64,000 bases of DNA from an uncultured Planctomycetia bacterium (lineage in GTDB: Bacteria > Omnitrophota > Gorgyraeia > Taenaricolales > CAZCCH01), in assembly GCA_964497315.1 (NCBI GenBank), contig CAZCCH010000005.1, positions 1,885 to 65,884 on the forward strand, in the 5' to 3' direction. Position numbers and translations under genes: made by a program. Shown in pieces: positions 34,488 to 48,750 of the stretch; positions within the stretch are counted from its first letter, which is position 1, and every line of letters starts with the position of its first letter. The notes under the pieces are model-generated. The model saw only the letters and a list, made by a program, of their open reading frames with translations. It did no database searches and had not been told where the DNA came from.

Positions 34488-34986
34488 AGGTGATATTATT
34501 GCTTTGAAGATTTTAGGGATAGACCCCGGATTAAATATAACAGGCTATGGCCTTATTCAAAAAGAAAAGACTTCTTTAAAATTAATAGAAGCAGGCATTA
34601 TAAAAACTTCAAGTAAAACTCTCTTTGAAGATAGACTTAAAACGATATTTGAAAATATAGCAAAGATTTTAACTGAATATAAACCAGATGTGTGTGTATT
34701 GGAAAAATTATATTCACACTATCGTCATCCAACCACGGTAATACTTATGGGGCATGCACGCGGGGTAATTTGTTGTGCAAGTAGCATTCAACGGATAAAA
34801 CTAGTTGGGTATTCGGTTAAAAGAATAAATAAAGCTGTAATAGGCAGAGGGAATGCTACTAAAACTCAAATTCAGATGATGGTAACAAGTATTTTAAATC
34901 TTAAAAAGCCACCAACACCCAACGATGTTACCGATGCCTTGGCATTGGCCATAGGCCATGCCTATATAATTGGAGCGAAGGTATAA
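34480..34986 (+). CDS. ruvC: Holliday junction resolvase RuvC
   Basis: ILGIDPGLNITGYGLI, catalytic acidic residues, and the RuvC size. Confidence 0.85.
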   Translation: MSKGDIIALKILGIDPGLNITGYGLIQKEKTSLKLIEAGIIKTSSKTLFEDRLKTIFENIAKILTEYKPDVCVLEKLYSHYRHPTTVILMGHARGVICCASSIQRIKLVGYSVKRINKAVIGRGNATKTQIQMMVTSILNLKKPPTPNDVTDALALAIGHAYIIGAKV

Positions 34987-34987
34987 G

Positions 34988-35614
34988 ATGATATCTTGTA
35001 TTTGCGGAAAAGTAGATAAGAAAAAAGAGCATAGCGTGCTTTTAAGCGTAAATGGTATTTCATATGAAGTATTTGTTCCGGTTACGATTATGAAGACACT
35101 CGATAGCAATATGGAGGAAGACAGAGAAGTAAAATTTATTACTTACCATTATCATCATGCTGAACCCTCCAAGTCTATCCCAGTTCTAATTGGATTTTCA
35201 AACGAAGTGGAAAGAGAGTTCTTTGAGAAATTTATAACCGTCTCTGGTGTAGGACCAAAGGCAGCGGTAAAGGCATTGACTTTGCCTATCTCAAATATCG
35301 CAAAGGCCATAGATGAGGCAGATATGGGTCTTCTAACATCCCTGCCTGGAATAGGCAGACAAAGGGCAAAAGAGATAATTGCTAAATTACAGGGCAAGGT
35401 TGGAAAATATGGATTAATTCAAGATAAACATACAAGTGAGCTCCCCGCTACTAAGGGAGATTTCCAAGAAGAGGCATTAGAGGTTTTATTGCAACTTCAG
35501 TATAAAAGAAATGAAGCAGAGAAGATGCTGGAGAGGGCATTGGAGCGCTCACCAGATGCAAAGAGTGCAGAAGAGCTTTTAAACGAAGTATACAGACAAA
35601 GAGAGATTAAATAA
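34988..35614 (+). CDS. ruvA: Holliday junction helicase subunit RuvA
   Basis: MISCICGKV...[14 protein letters not shown] and HhH motifs GVGPKAA and LPGIGRQRA. The start is set at the ATG after the ruvC stop. Confidence 0.8.
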   Translation: MISCICGKVDKKKEHSVLLSVNGISYEVFVPVTIMKTLDSNMEEDREVKFITYHYHHAEPSKSIPVLIGFSNEVEREFFEKFITVSGVGPKAAVKALTLPISNIAKAIDEADMGLLTSLPGIGRQRAKEIIAKLQGKVGKYGLIQDKHTSELPATKGDFQEEALEVLLQLQYKRNEAEKMLERALERSPDAKSAEELLNEVYRQREIK

Positions 35615-35615
35615 A

Positions 35616-36665
35616 ATGGACAAAGAAAAACTCGACTTAGATAAACAAAGACAACGCCTAATAACAAACCAAGAGACTGATGAAGATGTAATCTTATTAA
35701 TGTCTTTACGGCCCACAAAGCTAGAGGAGTTTATAGGTCAAAAGGACTTGGTTGAAAATTTGAAGATTTCCTTAACTGCTGCAAAAAATAGAAAAGAGTC
35801 AGTAGAGCACGTACTTTTTTCAGGACCGCCAGGTTTGGGTAAGACATCCCTAGCGCACATAGTCGCACACGAGATGGGGACTAAGATAACTGCAACAAGT
35901 GGGCCTGCTATTGAGCGGGCAGGGGACTTAATAGGGATACTTACAAATTTAGAAAAAGGCGATATCTTATTTATTGATGAGATACACAGGCTCTCTAAGG
36001 TGGTGGAGGAATTTTTATACCCCGCCATGGAAAACTTCCAGATAGATTTTGTTATAGATAAAGGCCCGTATGCTAAAACTATAAAGTTTAATCTCAAGCC
36101 CTTTACATTAATAGGAGCTACTACACGCTCTGGATTACTTTCAGCACCTTTAAGAAGCAGATTTGGCATATTTTATCACCTGGATTTTTATCAACCCGAG
36201 GAGCTTGTTAAGATAATCAAGCGTTCCGCAAAAATATTAAACGTAAAGGTAGATGATACAGGCGCCCTTGAGATAGCACGTCGTTCCAGGGGGACGCCAA
36301 GAATAGCCAACAGACTCCTAAGACGCGTAAGAGACTATTCTGAAGTTAAAAAGGCCGGTGAGATTACGAAAGAAGTAGCAGATATATCGTTGTCCAGCCA
36401 GGCCATTGATAGTTACGGTTTAGACTATATGGACAGAAAGGTCCTAAAGGCAATGCTGGATTTTTATAACGGTGGGCCTGTTGGTATAGATGCCTTGGCC
36501 GCTACTTTAAATGAAGAAACAGATACTATCGCAGATATAGTAGAACCATTTTTGTTAAAAAGCGGATTTATAAAACGTACTCCACGAGGCCGTCAAGCCA
36601 CAGAACTCGCCTATAAACACCTCAAACAGCCCCTTACCAAAGATAAACAAAAAGACTTATTTTAA
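35616..36665 (+). CDS. ruvB: Holliday junction helicase subunit RuvB
   Basis: [12 protein letters not shown], Walker [12 protein letters not shown] and Walker [10 protein letters not shown]. Confidence 0.9.
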   Translation: MDKEKLDLDKQRQRLITNQETDEDVILLMSLRPTKLEEFIGQKDLVENLKISLTAAKNRKESVEHVLFSGPPGLGKTSLAHIVAHEMGTKITATSGPAIERAGDLIGILTNLEKGDILFIDEIHRLSKVVEEFLYPAMENFQIDFVIDKGPYAKTIKFNLKPFTLIGATTRSGLLSAPLRSRFGIFYHLDFYQPEELVKIIKRSAKILNVKVDDTGALEIARRSRGTPRIANRLLRRVRDYSEVKKAGEITKEVADISLSSQAIDSYGLDYMDRKVLKAMLDFYNGGPVGIDALAATLNEETDTIADIVEPFLLKSGFIKRTPRGRQATELAYKHLKQPLTKDKQKDLF

Positions 36666-36674
36666 ATTAAGCCA

Positions 36675-37208
36675 ATGAAAATATTATTGCATATTTGTTG
36701 TGCACCCTGTGCTTTATATGCTGTTGAGGCACTCAAAAAACAAGGACATTGCATAGAAGGTCTATTTTATAACCCTAACATACATCCTTATTCGGAATAT
36801 TCTAATAGATTGGGCTCTGTAAAGAAAATGACCGACGGGTCAGATATTAAGGTTGATTACCAGGAATACGACCTGGATAGGTTTTTTAGAAACACCTCAT
36901 CAAATATGCGGTCTCCACATCGTTGTTTTACTTGTTGGCAGATGAGATTGCAAAGGACTGCCAAGGTAGCAGGGGAAAAAGGCTTCGATGGATTTACCAC
37001 AACCCTTCTAATAAGTCCTTATCAAGATCATGAAGCGTTAAAATCAATAGGTGAGTCCATTGAAAAAGAAAGCAAGGTTAAGTTTCATTATGTCGATTTA
37101 AGAAAGGGATTTAAACTGTCGCATCAACAGTCAAGACAAAAGGGATTTTATATGCAAAAGTATTGCGGTTGTATTTTTAGTGAGGTAGAGAAATGCACAA
37201 AACGCTGA
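36675..37208 (+). CDS. queH: Epoxyqueuosine reductase QueH (DUF208)
   Basis: MKILLHICCAPCALY with the CCAPC motif and conserved Cys residues. queA and tgt lie nearby. Confidence 0.75.
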   Translation: MKILLHICCAPCALYAVEALKKQGHCIEGLFYNPNIHPYSEYSNRLGSVKKMTDGSDIKVDYQEYDLDRFFRNTSSNMRSPHRCFTCWQMRLQRTAKVAGEKGFDGFTTTLLISPYQDHEALKSIGESIEKESKVKFHYVDLRKGFKLSHQQSRQKGFYMQKYCGCIFSEVEKCTKR

Positions 37209-37402
37209 TATTTTTTGGAATAATTTTAATAATCGCAGGAGTTTTAATAAATATATTTGGCAAAATCCCAGGCCTTGGTAAATTGCCAGGTGATATACAT
37301 ATCAAAGGGAAGAGCTTTACATTTTTCTTTCCCATAACTACCTGTATCTTAGTAAGCATAATTATTTCTTTAATATTTTTCATCTGGAGAAAGGTGCAAT
37401 GA
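37193..37402 (+). CDS. Small membrane protein of the DUF2905 family
   Basis: A 69-aa protein with two TM helices flanking GKIPGLGKLPGDIHIKG. Confidence 0.55.
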   Translation: MHKTLIFFGIILIIAGVLINIFGKIPGLGKLPGDIHIKGKSFTFFFPITTCILVSIIISLIFFIWRKVQ

Positions 37403-38558
37403 AATTTTTCCTTAAGGTTAGCTTAATTTTGTCATTTATACTGCATCCTTTAATTTGCGAAGCCCAAGAAAATACCACCGCACAATACAGTCCACCAATA
37501 ATTCGAGTAGCGGTAATTAAACAAAAAGAAAAACTCACACTTTCTATAACAAGACCGTTTAAGATATTAGCGTTAAATACCCATCAAGTTTTGCACCAAG
37601 CCAGGCGCCTTAGAAATGCAGAAGTTAAACCTGCATCATCAGGTATAAAAGTTGATGATGAAGAATTCATGATTTATGGAATAAAGATAATGCCAACTAA
37701 AGATGCGACTATATATATCAACAAACGAAAGTTCCGAGGCAATGTTGATATAATTAGAGAGAAAGATCAAACCCTCCTTGTCGTCAATTATATAAATGTA
37801 GAAGATTACCTTAAAGGTGTTTTATATCATGAAGTCTCCCACTGGTGGCCAAAAGAAGCCTTAAGGGCCCAGGCCATAGTTGCCAGGACCTTTGCTTTAT
37901 ATCAAGCAAGTGTTAACAAGGATAAAGACTATGATGTAACCTGCGATATATATTCACAAGTTTACGGAGGAGCCACATCAGAAAAATTCCGTGCCACACG
38001 TGCCATAAACCGCACAAGGGGTAAGGTCTTAACATATAAAGGTAAAATCTTTCCTGCTTATTATCATGCCACATGTGGCGGGCATACAGAGGATGCTTCA
38101 GTTTTATGGAATACAAACTTACCTGTTTTAAAAGGCACTAAATGTGGTTTTTGTAAACGTTCACCACATTACAATTGGCAGCTTAAGTTACCCCTATCCC
38201 AGATACAAGAGACTTTAAGAAAAAAAGGATTCATAATAAGTTCAATTAAATCTATAGAACCAAAGAAAATTGACAACTCAGGTAGGATTTTAAAACTAAA
38301 GATTACTTCAAAAGAAAAGCCTCTTTTAATTAGTGCCAAGGAATTCCGTCAGTTTTTAGGACCAAATCTTATTCGCAGCACAAACTTTAAAGTAAAAATA
38401 GATGATATAAAAATGCACGCTATCTTTGAAGGTATTGGCTGGGGACATGGTGTGGGGATGTGCCAGTGGGGAGCGCATTTTATGTCAAAGAAAAAATATA
38501 CCGCAGGAGAAATCCTAGAATATTACTATCCGAAATCAGAAATTACCCAAATAGCAAA

Positions 38559-38562
<4 letters not shown>
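37399..38562 (+). CDS. SpoIID/LytB domain protein
   Basis: A signal peptide and the motif YHEVSHWWPKEALRAQAIVARTFAL. Confidence 0.7.
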
Positions 38563-41020
<2,458 letters not shown>

Positions 41021-41029
41021 GGAGGCATC

Positions 41030-43198
41030 ATGTATAAGAATCTCAAATGGAAGCTACTTATAATAGTTGTTGTTATTGGCACGTGCATTGTTTTATCATA
41101 CCCGCCTACAGAAAAGATTAATCTAGGACTTGATCTTCAGGGCGGCATGCATCTTGTGCTCAAGGTTGATACATCCCAGGTCCCTGAAGAGGCAAGGAGC
41201 GATGCTACAGAACGTGCGCTTGAAATCATACGAAACCGCATAGATGAATTTGGAGTAGGAGAGCCTTCAATACAAAGACAGGGCAAGGATAACATAGTCG
41301 TCCAGCTACCAGGTGTTACAGACAGGCAAAGAGCTCTAGACCTAATAGGTAAGACAGCGCTTTTGGAATTAAAATTTATATCAGATGATGCTGAAAAGTT
41401 AAAGCGGGCCTTAGAGGGAAATACCCCAGCAGGTTATGAACTGAAATACCTTGATAAAGAACCCATGCTTGTAGCAAAAAAGGCAGTTTTAACAGGAGAG
41501 TACCTTGTTGATGCCAGAGTGGATTATGACCAATCGGCATTTGGTCAAGCATATGTAGCATTTAGCTTAAATAGCAAGGGCGCTAGAATTTTTGCAAGAG
41601 TGACACGAGAGAATGTAGGCAGACGCCTGGCCATTGTTTTAGATGATAAAATTCATTCAGCTCCTGTAATCCAAACCGAAATCCCTTCAGGGGAGGGAAG
41701 GATAACAGGTAATTTTACACCAGATGTAGCTAGTGATTTAGCTATAGTTTTAAGAGCTGGTGCGTTACCTGCTCCTATATATGTAGAAGAGGAGCGTACG
41801 GTAGGTCCACTGCTGGGGCAAGATTCAATAAAAAGTGGTATCCGTGCAACCTTAATTGGCGGTGGCATTGTTGTGGTGTTTATGTGTGTCTATTACATGT
41901 TGGCCGGTGTGGTTGCCAATATAGCGCTTATATTAAACCTAGTGATAATCTTAGGGGCACTTTCTTATTTTAGGGCAACGCTTACCCTTCCTGGTATAGC
42001 AGGTATGATATTGACGATGGGTATGGCTGTAGATGCCAATGTACTTATATATGAAAGGATAAAAGAAGAGCTGAAAATAGGAAGACCCATACGAACTGCT
42101 ATTTCTAATGGATACAAAAAGGCCTCAACCGCAATCCTTGATTCAAATATAACAACCCTTATTGCGGCAGTACTTTTATTTCATTTTGGCACAGGACCAA
42201 TACGTGGATTTGCTGTTACATTAACAGTTGGTATATTGGCCAGTATGTTTACTGCCCTTGTAGTTACCAGGGCGATCTTTGAAACATTTTGCCTATCGAG
42301 TAAATTCAAGAGCTTGCCTATGCTAAGCTTGATAAAGGGAAAGAATTTTGATTTTATCGGAAAAAGAAAAATTTGGTTTTTGCTTTCTACAATTTTAGTT
42401 ATTGTAGGACTAGTTTTTTTCATTGGAAGGGGCAAGGCCTCATATGGCATTGATTTTACAGGTGGCCAACTCCAACAGTATTCATTTGATAAATCTGTCA
42501 AAATAGATTTCATAAGAGACGCATTGCGCCAGGCAGGTTTGACAGATGCTGTTATACAACAATTCGGCAAACGTAATGATATTATTATAAAAACCCCGGA
42601 AGATTCCGTAACCCAAGTTCAGCAAGTTTTTAAAGCGCAATACCCCAATAATCCATTTCAGGTAATGAGGGTTGAAAGGGTGGGGCCTTCCGTCGGAAAA
42701 GAACTCAAGCAAAAGGCTATCAAAGCACTTCTCTTTGCCCTTGCTGGCATACTGATTTATGTAGCATTCAGGTTTAAACATCTAAATTATGCAGCAGCAG
42801 GTATTATTGCGTTATTCCACGATTGCTTTATAGCTTTGGGGTTTTTAGCATTTACGCATAGAGAGATGTCTTTGACTTTGGTAGCGGCAATACTTACTAT
42901 TGCTGGTTATTCGATAAACGATACAATAGTAATCTATGACCGTGTAAGAGAGTTGTCTCGTACAATGCATAAGGCAACCCTTAAAGAAATCATAAACGCA
43001 AGCATAAATCAAACCCTGAGCCGGACTTTACTGACGACAATTACTACCTTAATGGTAGTGCTGGCAATATTTTTATTCGGTGGAGAGGTTTTAAATGATT
43101 TTGCCTTTTTACTTTTAGTTGGGTTTATTGCTGGAATTTATTCAACCATTTATATAGCTTCGCCGCTTGTTATCGCCTGGCAAAAAAGAAGGTTTTAA
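41030..43198 (+). CDS. secDF: Protein translocase subunit SecDF (fused SecD-SecF)
   Basis: A 722-aa protein with two 6-TM blocks, each preceded by a periplasmic domain. It is adjacent to yajC. Confidence 0.8.
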   Translation: MYKNLKWKLLIIVVVIGTCIVLSYPPTEKINLGLDLQGGMHLVLKVDTSQVPEEARSDATERALEIIRNRIDEFGVGEPSIQRQGKDNIVVQLPGVTDRQRALDLIGKTALLELKFISDDAEKLKRALEGNTPAGYELKYLDKEPMLVAKKAVLTGEYLVDARVDYDQSAFGQAYVAFSLNSKGARIFARVTRENVGRRLAIVLDDKIHSAPVIQTEIPSGEGRITGNFTPDVASDLAIVLRAGALPAPIYVEEERTVGPLLGQDSIKSGIRATLIGGGIVVVFMCVYYMLAGVVANIALILNLVIILGALSYFRATLTLPGIAGMILTMGMAVDANVLIYERIKEELKIGRPIRTAISNGYKKASTAILDSNITTLIAAVLLFHFGTGPIRGFAVTLTVGILASMFTALVVTRAIFETFCLSSKFKSLPMLSLIKGKNFDFIGKRKIWFLLSTILVIVGLVFFIGRGKASYGIDFTGGQLQQYSFDKSVKIDFIRDALRQAGLTDAVIQQFGKRNDIIIKTPEDSVTQVQQVFKAQYPNNPFQVMRVERVGPSVGKELKQKAIKALLFALAGILIYVAFRFKHLNYAAAGIIALFHDCFIALGFLAFTHREMSLTLVAAILTIAGYSINDTIVIYDRVRELSRTMHKATLKEIINASINQTLSRTLLTTITTLMVVLAIFLFGGEVLNDFAFLLLVGFIAGIYSTIYIASPLVIAWQKRRF

Positions 43199-43199
43199 T

Positions 43200-44900
43200 A
43201 TGCAAAAAAATTGGCGGATAGCCAAACCCAATCCAACCTTACAGAAAGAACTTTCTAAAGCATTGGATGTCTCTGAGTTAATAGCCCAGGTTTTAATAAA
43301 CCGTAACATAAAAGACCAAGAGCAGGCTGAAATATTTTTGGATTGCAATATAAGAACCCTACATGATCCATTCCTCTTAAAAGACATGGATAAAGCTGTA
43401 AGTCGAATAGAGACGGCTGTAAAAAAGGGAGAGAAGATTACCATTTGGGGAGATTATGATGTTGATGGCATTACATCTGTAGCTCTGCTCAAAAATATTT
43501 TACAAGAGATAGGTGCTTATGTTACATGTTACATTCCACACAGGATAGATGAAGGATTTGGCCTTAACCTTGCTGGTGTGAGTGCTATACATCGCAGCAA
43601 GACAAATCTTGTTTTGACTGTAGATTGTGGTATTACTAATTTTACCGAGGTAGATTACTTAAAAAAACATAATATAGACACCATTATAACTGATCATCAT
43701 CAGCCTCAAGCAGGAAGCGTACCTGATGCATATGCGGTAATTAACCCCTTACAGAAAGACTGTGCGTATCCTTTTAAGCATTTAGCAGGGGTTGGACTTG
43801 CTTTTAAACTAGCTTGTGCTCTTTGTGCTAAGATTAAAGGTCTCCAAAAGCAACTTGCCTTTGAACACCTAGATTTAGTAAGCCTCGGGATTATCTCAGA
43901 TATTGCCCCCATGTTAGGTGAAAACCGTATATTGGCAAAACATGGCTTAAGCAAACTTTCAGATACAAAAAAAGAAGGCCTTAAGGCATTAAAGAGAATG
44001 ACCGGCATAGAAAATAAGTCCCTAAGTGCAATGCACGCAGGATACATACTAGGTCCAAGGATTAATGCCTGCGGTAGAATAGGTTCTGCCGAAGATTCAT
44101 TAAAGTTGATATTAAGCAATTCACCAGGGGAAGCTGAGCAGTTTGCAAAAAGATTAAATGAAGATAATAAAGCTAGGCAAAAATTAGAAAGACAAACTTT
44201 AAATGAAGCCTTAGCGAGGGTAGATAGGGAAGTTAACTTCAAGTCTCACAGGGTAATAGTCTTATATCAAGATGATTGGCATCCAGGTGTAATTGGTATT
44301 GTTGCTTCTAAAATAGTAGACCGTTTTTATAGACCAGTTATAATGCTTTCATTTAAAGAACACGTAGGTAAAGGTTCTGGGCGCTCCATTGAAAACTTCC
44401 ATCTTTTTCATGCCCTTCGTGAATGCAGTGATTTTTTAGAGAAATTCGGCGGCCATAGCAAGGCTTGTGGTCTTAGTATACGTAAGGAAAATTTAGAGAG
44501 GTTTAAAGAGGCCATTAATAGCCAGGCAAAAGAAGTGCTTACCTCAGATGACTTGCGACCTACTTTAAATATAGATGCAGAGGTTTCATTAAAAGAGTTA
44601 ACTCAAAAATCAATTGCTCAGCTTCAGAAACTCCAGCCTTTCGGTTTAGGTAATCGCGAACCTGTATTTTGTACAGAGGCTGTAACAATCAAGTCACAAC
44701 CTAGAGTAGTTGGTAGGGATACTGCTAAGATGTGGGTTTATAAAGATAATCTTTGCTATGAGGCAATTGGGTTTAGGATGGGGCAAGAATTAGTTTCCTT
44801 AAAGGCAGGAGAGACAATAGATATAGCGTATACGCCATCAATAAACCAGTGGCAGGGAGAGAGTTTTATACAGCTTGAATTGAAAGGCACGAAGGCCTAA
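43200..44900 (+). CDS. recJ: Single-stranded-DNA-specific exonuclease RecJ
   Basis: DHH motifs GDYDVDGITS and ITDHHQP plus a DHHA1 region. The start is set at the ATG with SD AAGAAGG upstream; the ORF track starts at 43167. Confidence 0.8.
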   Translation: MQKNWRIAKPNPTLQKELSKALDVSELIAQVLINRNIKDQEQAEIFLDCNIRTLHDPFLLKDMDKAVSRIETAVKKGEKITIWGDYDVDGITSVALLKNILQEIGAYVTCYIPHRIDEGFGLNLAGVSAIHRSKTNLVLTVDCGITNFTEVDYLKKHNIDTIITDHHQPQAGSVPDAYAVINPLQKDCAYPFKHLAGVGLAFKLACALCAKIKGLQKQLAFEHLDLVSLGIISDIAPMLGENRILAKHGLSKLSDTKKEGLKALKRMTGIENKSLSAMHAGYILGPRINACGRIGSAEDSLKLILSNSPGEAEQFAKRLNEDNKARQKLERQTLNEALARVDREVNFKSHRVIVLYQDDWHPGVIGIVASKIVDRFYRPVIMLSFKEHVGKGSGRSIENFHLFHALRECSDFLEKFGGHSKACGLSIRKENLERFKEAINSQAKEVLTSDDLRPTLNIDAEVSLKELTQKSIAQLQKLQPFGLGNREPVFCTEAVTIKSQPRVVGRDTAKMWVYKDNLCYEAIGFRMGQELVSLKAGETIDIAYTPSINQWQGESFIQLELKGTKA

Positions 44901-45127
44901 CTGGCTTTTTTTACTCTGCCAGTTTTTATGCATTTAACACAAGCTTTTATAGTCTTAACAGAATTACCAACTTTAGCTTTAACTTTTTTTAGATTGGGAT
45001 AGAATACCCTAGCAGTGATTCCAGTAACCTTTCGGCCTACACCGCCTTTTTTCTTTGCAAGACCACGGCGTTTTATCGTGCGTCCCGCAACGGGCCCTTT
45101 TCCACAAACTTGACAACGCTTTGACAT
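44897..45127 (-). CDS. rpmB: 50S ribosomal protein L28
   Basis: MSKRCQVCGKGPVAGRTIKRRG matches the L28 N-terminus. GGAGG lies 5 nt upstream of this ATG; the ORF track extends 16 codons further. Confidence 0.75.
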   Translation of the reverse strand: MSKRCQVCGKGPVAGRTIKRRGLAKKKGGVGRKVTGITARVFYPNLKKVKAKVGNSVKTIKACVKCIKTGRVKKAS

Positions 45128-45219
45128 AGTAACCTCCAAGTATAATAGTGGCAAATATGATAACATAGACACCACTTAAAACGCAAGGGAAAAGTTTTCA
45201 CAAAAAACGGAGATTAGAT

Positions 45220-46653
45220 ATGGAGAAAAAATCAGATAAAAAGACCTCCAGAAGCAAAAATCTCATAAGGACCATGGCGTTAGCCTTTATATTGACTTCC
45301 GTCATACCTATACTTGTGGCCTTAGCTATGATATTTTCTATCAGCGCTGCAGATTTTAAAGTCACAATAACAAAGATACGTCCCTTTATGTTATGGATAC
45401 TCATATCAAGCATAGCCGGATATTTCATAATAAGACGCATTGCTACTTTAGTATCACATTTTACCCACCAAGCCAAAATAATAACTACCCAAGACTTCTC
45501 AAAGAGGGTTTCAATAGAAGAAGACAGCGAGATAGGTGAGCTGGCAAAGTCATTCAACCGCATAACCCAAGATTTAGAACTAAAGATAAAGCAATTAGAA
45601 GAATCAAGAGGCCTCCTGCAGGATGTATTTCATAGAATTGGGGAGGCCATGACTTCTGCTTCAGGCCTTGAGAATCTTTTAAAATTAGTACTTAAGAATA
45701 TAAATATCGCCTTGGGTTCGACGGGAAGTTTTATTATGCTTTTAGATGAAGGTTCAAAAAAACTAAAGGTAAGTATTGCATCTCCAGAATTAACAAAACC
45801 TGCAAAGAAAAATGAAATTGCCCTTGGTCAAGGTATTATTGGGCTAGTAGCAAAAGATCATAAACCTATGGTTGTTTCCCGACCAAAACAAAATGGTCAA
45901 AATCAACAAACAGATCAATTAGAAGGTTCTTTTACATCCTTAGCATGTGTGCCGCTTATTTATAAAGAAGAATGCATTGGTGTAATTACGGTTTATGATA
46001 AAAAGACCGGTCGTTTCACAGATGAAAATCTTAAGCTTTTAAGTGATATATCATCCCAGTGTGCAATTGCTATAGCAAACTTTAGACTTAACGCAGACAT
46101 TGAAGAGACATACCTTGAGACTATAACGGCCTTGGCTATGACCGTTGAAGCAAAAGATGCCTATAGTGGCGGTCACCTAGAAAGGGTGACCAAATATTCC
46201 GTAGAAATGGGCAAAAGGCTAGACTTGGATGATGGGACATTGAAGACCTTAAGAGATGGTGCATACCTTCACGACCTTGGAAAAATTGGAATAAGGGATG
46301 ACGTTTTGCTAAAAAATAAGCCTTTAACGAAAGAAGAATTTGAAGAGATAAAAAAACATCCCGTTATAGGTGAGAGCATTATAAGACCAGTGCATTCTCT
46401 TACAGGTTTATGCGAATTGATTAGACATCATCAGGAAAAAGTAGACGGTTCAGGGTATCCCGATGGTTTAAAAGGAGACGAAATTCCTTTAACCGCTAGA
46501 ATTATTGCAGTGGTAGATGTCTACGATGCCTTAACTACCAAGCGGCCCTACAGAAAAACCCTAACTAAAGAAGGAGCCAAGAAAGAACTAAAGAAAATGG
46601 CCGGTGTAAAACTAGATGCAAAACTCGTTGATATCTTTTTAGACTTGGTCTAA
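45220..46653 (+). CDS. HD-GYP domain c-di-GMP phosphodiesterase with N-terminal TM, HAMP and GAF domains
   Basis: HDLGKIGI and HHEKVDGSGYPDGLKG give the HD...GYP signature. The HAMP-like segment is ELAKSFNRITQDLE. Confidence 0.75.
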   Translation: MEKKSDKKTSRSKNLIRTMALAFILTSVIPILVALAMIFSISAADFKVTITKIRPFMLWILISSIAGYFIIRRIATLVSHFTHQAKIITTQDFSKRVSIEEDSEIGELAKSFNRITQDLELKIKQLEESRGLLQDVFHRIGEAMTSASGLENLLKLVLKNINIALGSTGSFIMLLDEGSKKLKVSIASPELTKPAKKNEIALGQGIIGLVAKDHKPMVVSRPKQNGQNQQTDQLEGSFTSLACVPLIYKEECIGVITVYDKKTGRFTDENLKLLSDISSQCAIAIANFRLNADIEETYLETITALAMTVEAKDAYSGGHLERVTKYSVEMGKRLDLDDGTLKTLRDGAYLHDLGKIGIRDDVLLKNKPLTKEEFEEIKKHPVIGESIIRPVHSLTGLCELIRHHQEKVDGSGYPDGLKGDEIPLTARIIAVVDVYDALTTKRPYRKTLTKEGAKKELKKMAGVKLDAKLVDIFLDLV

Positions 46654-46665
46654 CACAAAGACCTT

Positions 46666-48750
46666 ATGTCCTTCCCTAATCCCCTTAAATCCTCAGCACA
46701 ATATATAAAAGGCGTTGGCCCGAAAAGAATTCAGTTATTGAATAAACTTAATATTCAAACTGTTGAAGACCTTCTTTATTATTTTCCCCGACGACACGAA
46801 GACCGTTCAAGGCTTTTATCCATAAACAAACTTCAAGCCGACCAACCCTATACTATAAAAGGAGAAATTTTAACATTTGGTATCTTCAAGACGAAGACCA
46901 AGAGAATGCTTGTTTTTGAGATGGCAGTAGGAGATAAAACCGGAGTTATATACTGCGTTTGGTTTAATCAGCCATTTTTGAGAAAATTCTTTAAGGTCGG
47001 GCAAAAAATAATCATCTATGGAAAAGTACAGAAAAAGGGTGCTAAGCTCCAAATAATTAATCCAGAGTACGAAATTCTCCCAGGAGAAGATGAGGAGGGC
47101 GAAAGTATTCATACCGGTAGGATTGTCCCCATCTATCCGCTTACTCAAGATATAAGGCAGAAGAATATACGCCTGATAGCAAAAAGCGGCCTTGAAGGTT
47201 TCCTGCAGTATATAAAAGACCCCTTGCCTAGATACTTAAAAAATAAATTAAAACTTATAGATTTAACACCTGCTATAGGAAATTATCATTTTCCAAAGAC
47301 TCTAATAACTTTAGAAAATGCAAAAAGGAGGCTTATCTTTGATGAATTTTTCTATCTGCAGATAGCCCTTGCCCTAAGAAGGAGTAAACTAAAATTTAAA
47401 ACCAAAGGAATCATCCATAAGATTGATGGCGCCTTGCTTAATCGTTTTATAACTAGCTTACCGTTTGAATTGACCAATAGCCAAAAAAAGGTAATAGCGC
47501 ATATAAAAACAGATATGGCAGCCGCAAGACCCATGTATAGACTCTTGCAAGGGGAGGTGGGCAGCGGCAAGACCGTTGTGGCATGTTCCGGGTTAGTAAT
47601 TGCAGTGCAAGGAGGGTATCAAGCTGCGGTTATGGCACCAACAGAGATTTTGGCAGAACAACATTATAGGACTTTCACCGAATTATTAACACCTCTGGGT
47701 ATAAAAGTTGTTTTTATATCTAGCAGTCTCTCTTCCCATGCCAGGCTCAAAGTGCAAAACGAAATCAAATCAGGCACAGCAAACCTAATAATAGGCACAC
47801 ATAGCCTAATTCAAAAAGATGTAAAATTTAAGAATTTAGGTTTGGCTATTGTAGATGAACAACACAGATTTGGCGTTGCGCAAAGACAGACCTTAACTAA
47901 TAAAGGCCTAAATCCAGATGTGTTAGTAATGACCGCAACACCAATACCAAGGACCTTGGCATTAACTGCCTATGGAGATTTGGATATATCAATTATAGAT
48001 GAATTACCACCTGGTAGAGGCACATTGCAAACTGTGTGGGTGGAAGAGGATAAAAGGGCTGAAATTTATGAACTAATAAAGGACCAGGTTAAAAAGGGGA
48101 GACAGGTTTTTGTAATTTATCCTTTAGTGGAAGAATCCCTTCGCCAGGACTTAAAAGATGCAACAAAGATGCATGGAAAGTTTCAGAAAGAAATCTTTCC
48201 AGATTTAAAAGTTGGGCTTGTGCATGGCAGGTTATCGGCAGATAAAAAACAACAGGCTATGAAAGGCTTTAGGACAGGAGAAATAGATATATTGGTTTCT
48301 ACAATAGTTGTTGAGGTAGGCATAGATATGCCCAATGCTACCTGCATAGTAATTGAACATGCAGATAGGTTCGGTCTTGCACAATTACATCAGTTGCGTG
48401 GCCGCATAGCCAGGTCAAAACACGCCTCTTATTGCGTGTTAATTGCTGATGCCATTACTGAAGCGGCAGAAAAAAGACTAAAGACGATGGTTACTACACA
48501 AAATGGTTTTAAAATTGCTCAGGCTGATTTAGAGATACGTGGACCAGGCGATTTTTTTGGTACAAGACAGCACGGTATCCCAGAGCTTAAGATAGGCAAC
48601 CTTTCATTGGATGTAAAAATATTAGAACAGGCCAAACAAGAAGCCTTTGGATTGGTAAAGAGCGACCTAGGCCTATCCAAACAAGAACATAGATTTATAA
48701 AATCTGAAATCTTAAAGAAATACGCTACTATGGGGCCATTTGGAATATGA
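46666..48750 (+). CDS. recG: ATP-dependent DNA helicase RecG
   Basis: An N-terminal wedge domain. Helicase motifs GEVGSGKT, DEQHRFG and TATPIPRT. C-terminal QLRGRIARS. Confidence 0.85.
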   Translation: MSFPNPLKSSAQYIKGVGPKRIQLLNKLNIQTVEDLLYYFPRRHEDRSRLLSINKLQADQPYTIKGEILTFGIFKTKTKRMLVFEMAVGDKTGVIYCVWFNQPFLRKFFKVGQKIIIYGKVQKKGAKLQIINPEYEILPGEDEEGESIHTGRIVPIYPLTQDIRQKNIRLIAKSGLEGFLQYIKDPLPRYLKNKLKLIDLTPAIGNYHFPKTLITLENAKRRLIFDEFFYLQIALALRRSKLKFKTKGIIHKIDGALLNRFITSLPFELTNSQKKVIAHIKTDMAAARPMYRLLQGEVGSGKTVVACSGLVIAVQGGYQAAVMAPTEILAEQHYRTFTELLTPLGIKVVFISSSLSSHARLKVQNEIKSGTANLIIGTHSLIQKDVKFKNLGLAIVDEQHRFGVAQRQTLTNKGLNPDVLVMTATPIPRTLALTAYGDLDISIIDELPPGRGTLQTVWVEEDKRAEIYELIKDQVKKGRQVFVIYPLVEESLRQDLKDATKMHGKFQKEIFPDLKVGLVHGRLSADKKQQAMKGFRTGEIDILVSTIVVEVGIDMPNATCIVIEHADRFGLAQLHQLRGRIARSKHASYCVLIADAITEAAEKRLKTMVTTQNGFKIAQADLEIRGPGDFFGTRQHGIPELKIGNLSLDVKILEQAKQEAFGLVKSDLGLSKQEHRFIKSEILKKYATMGPFGI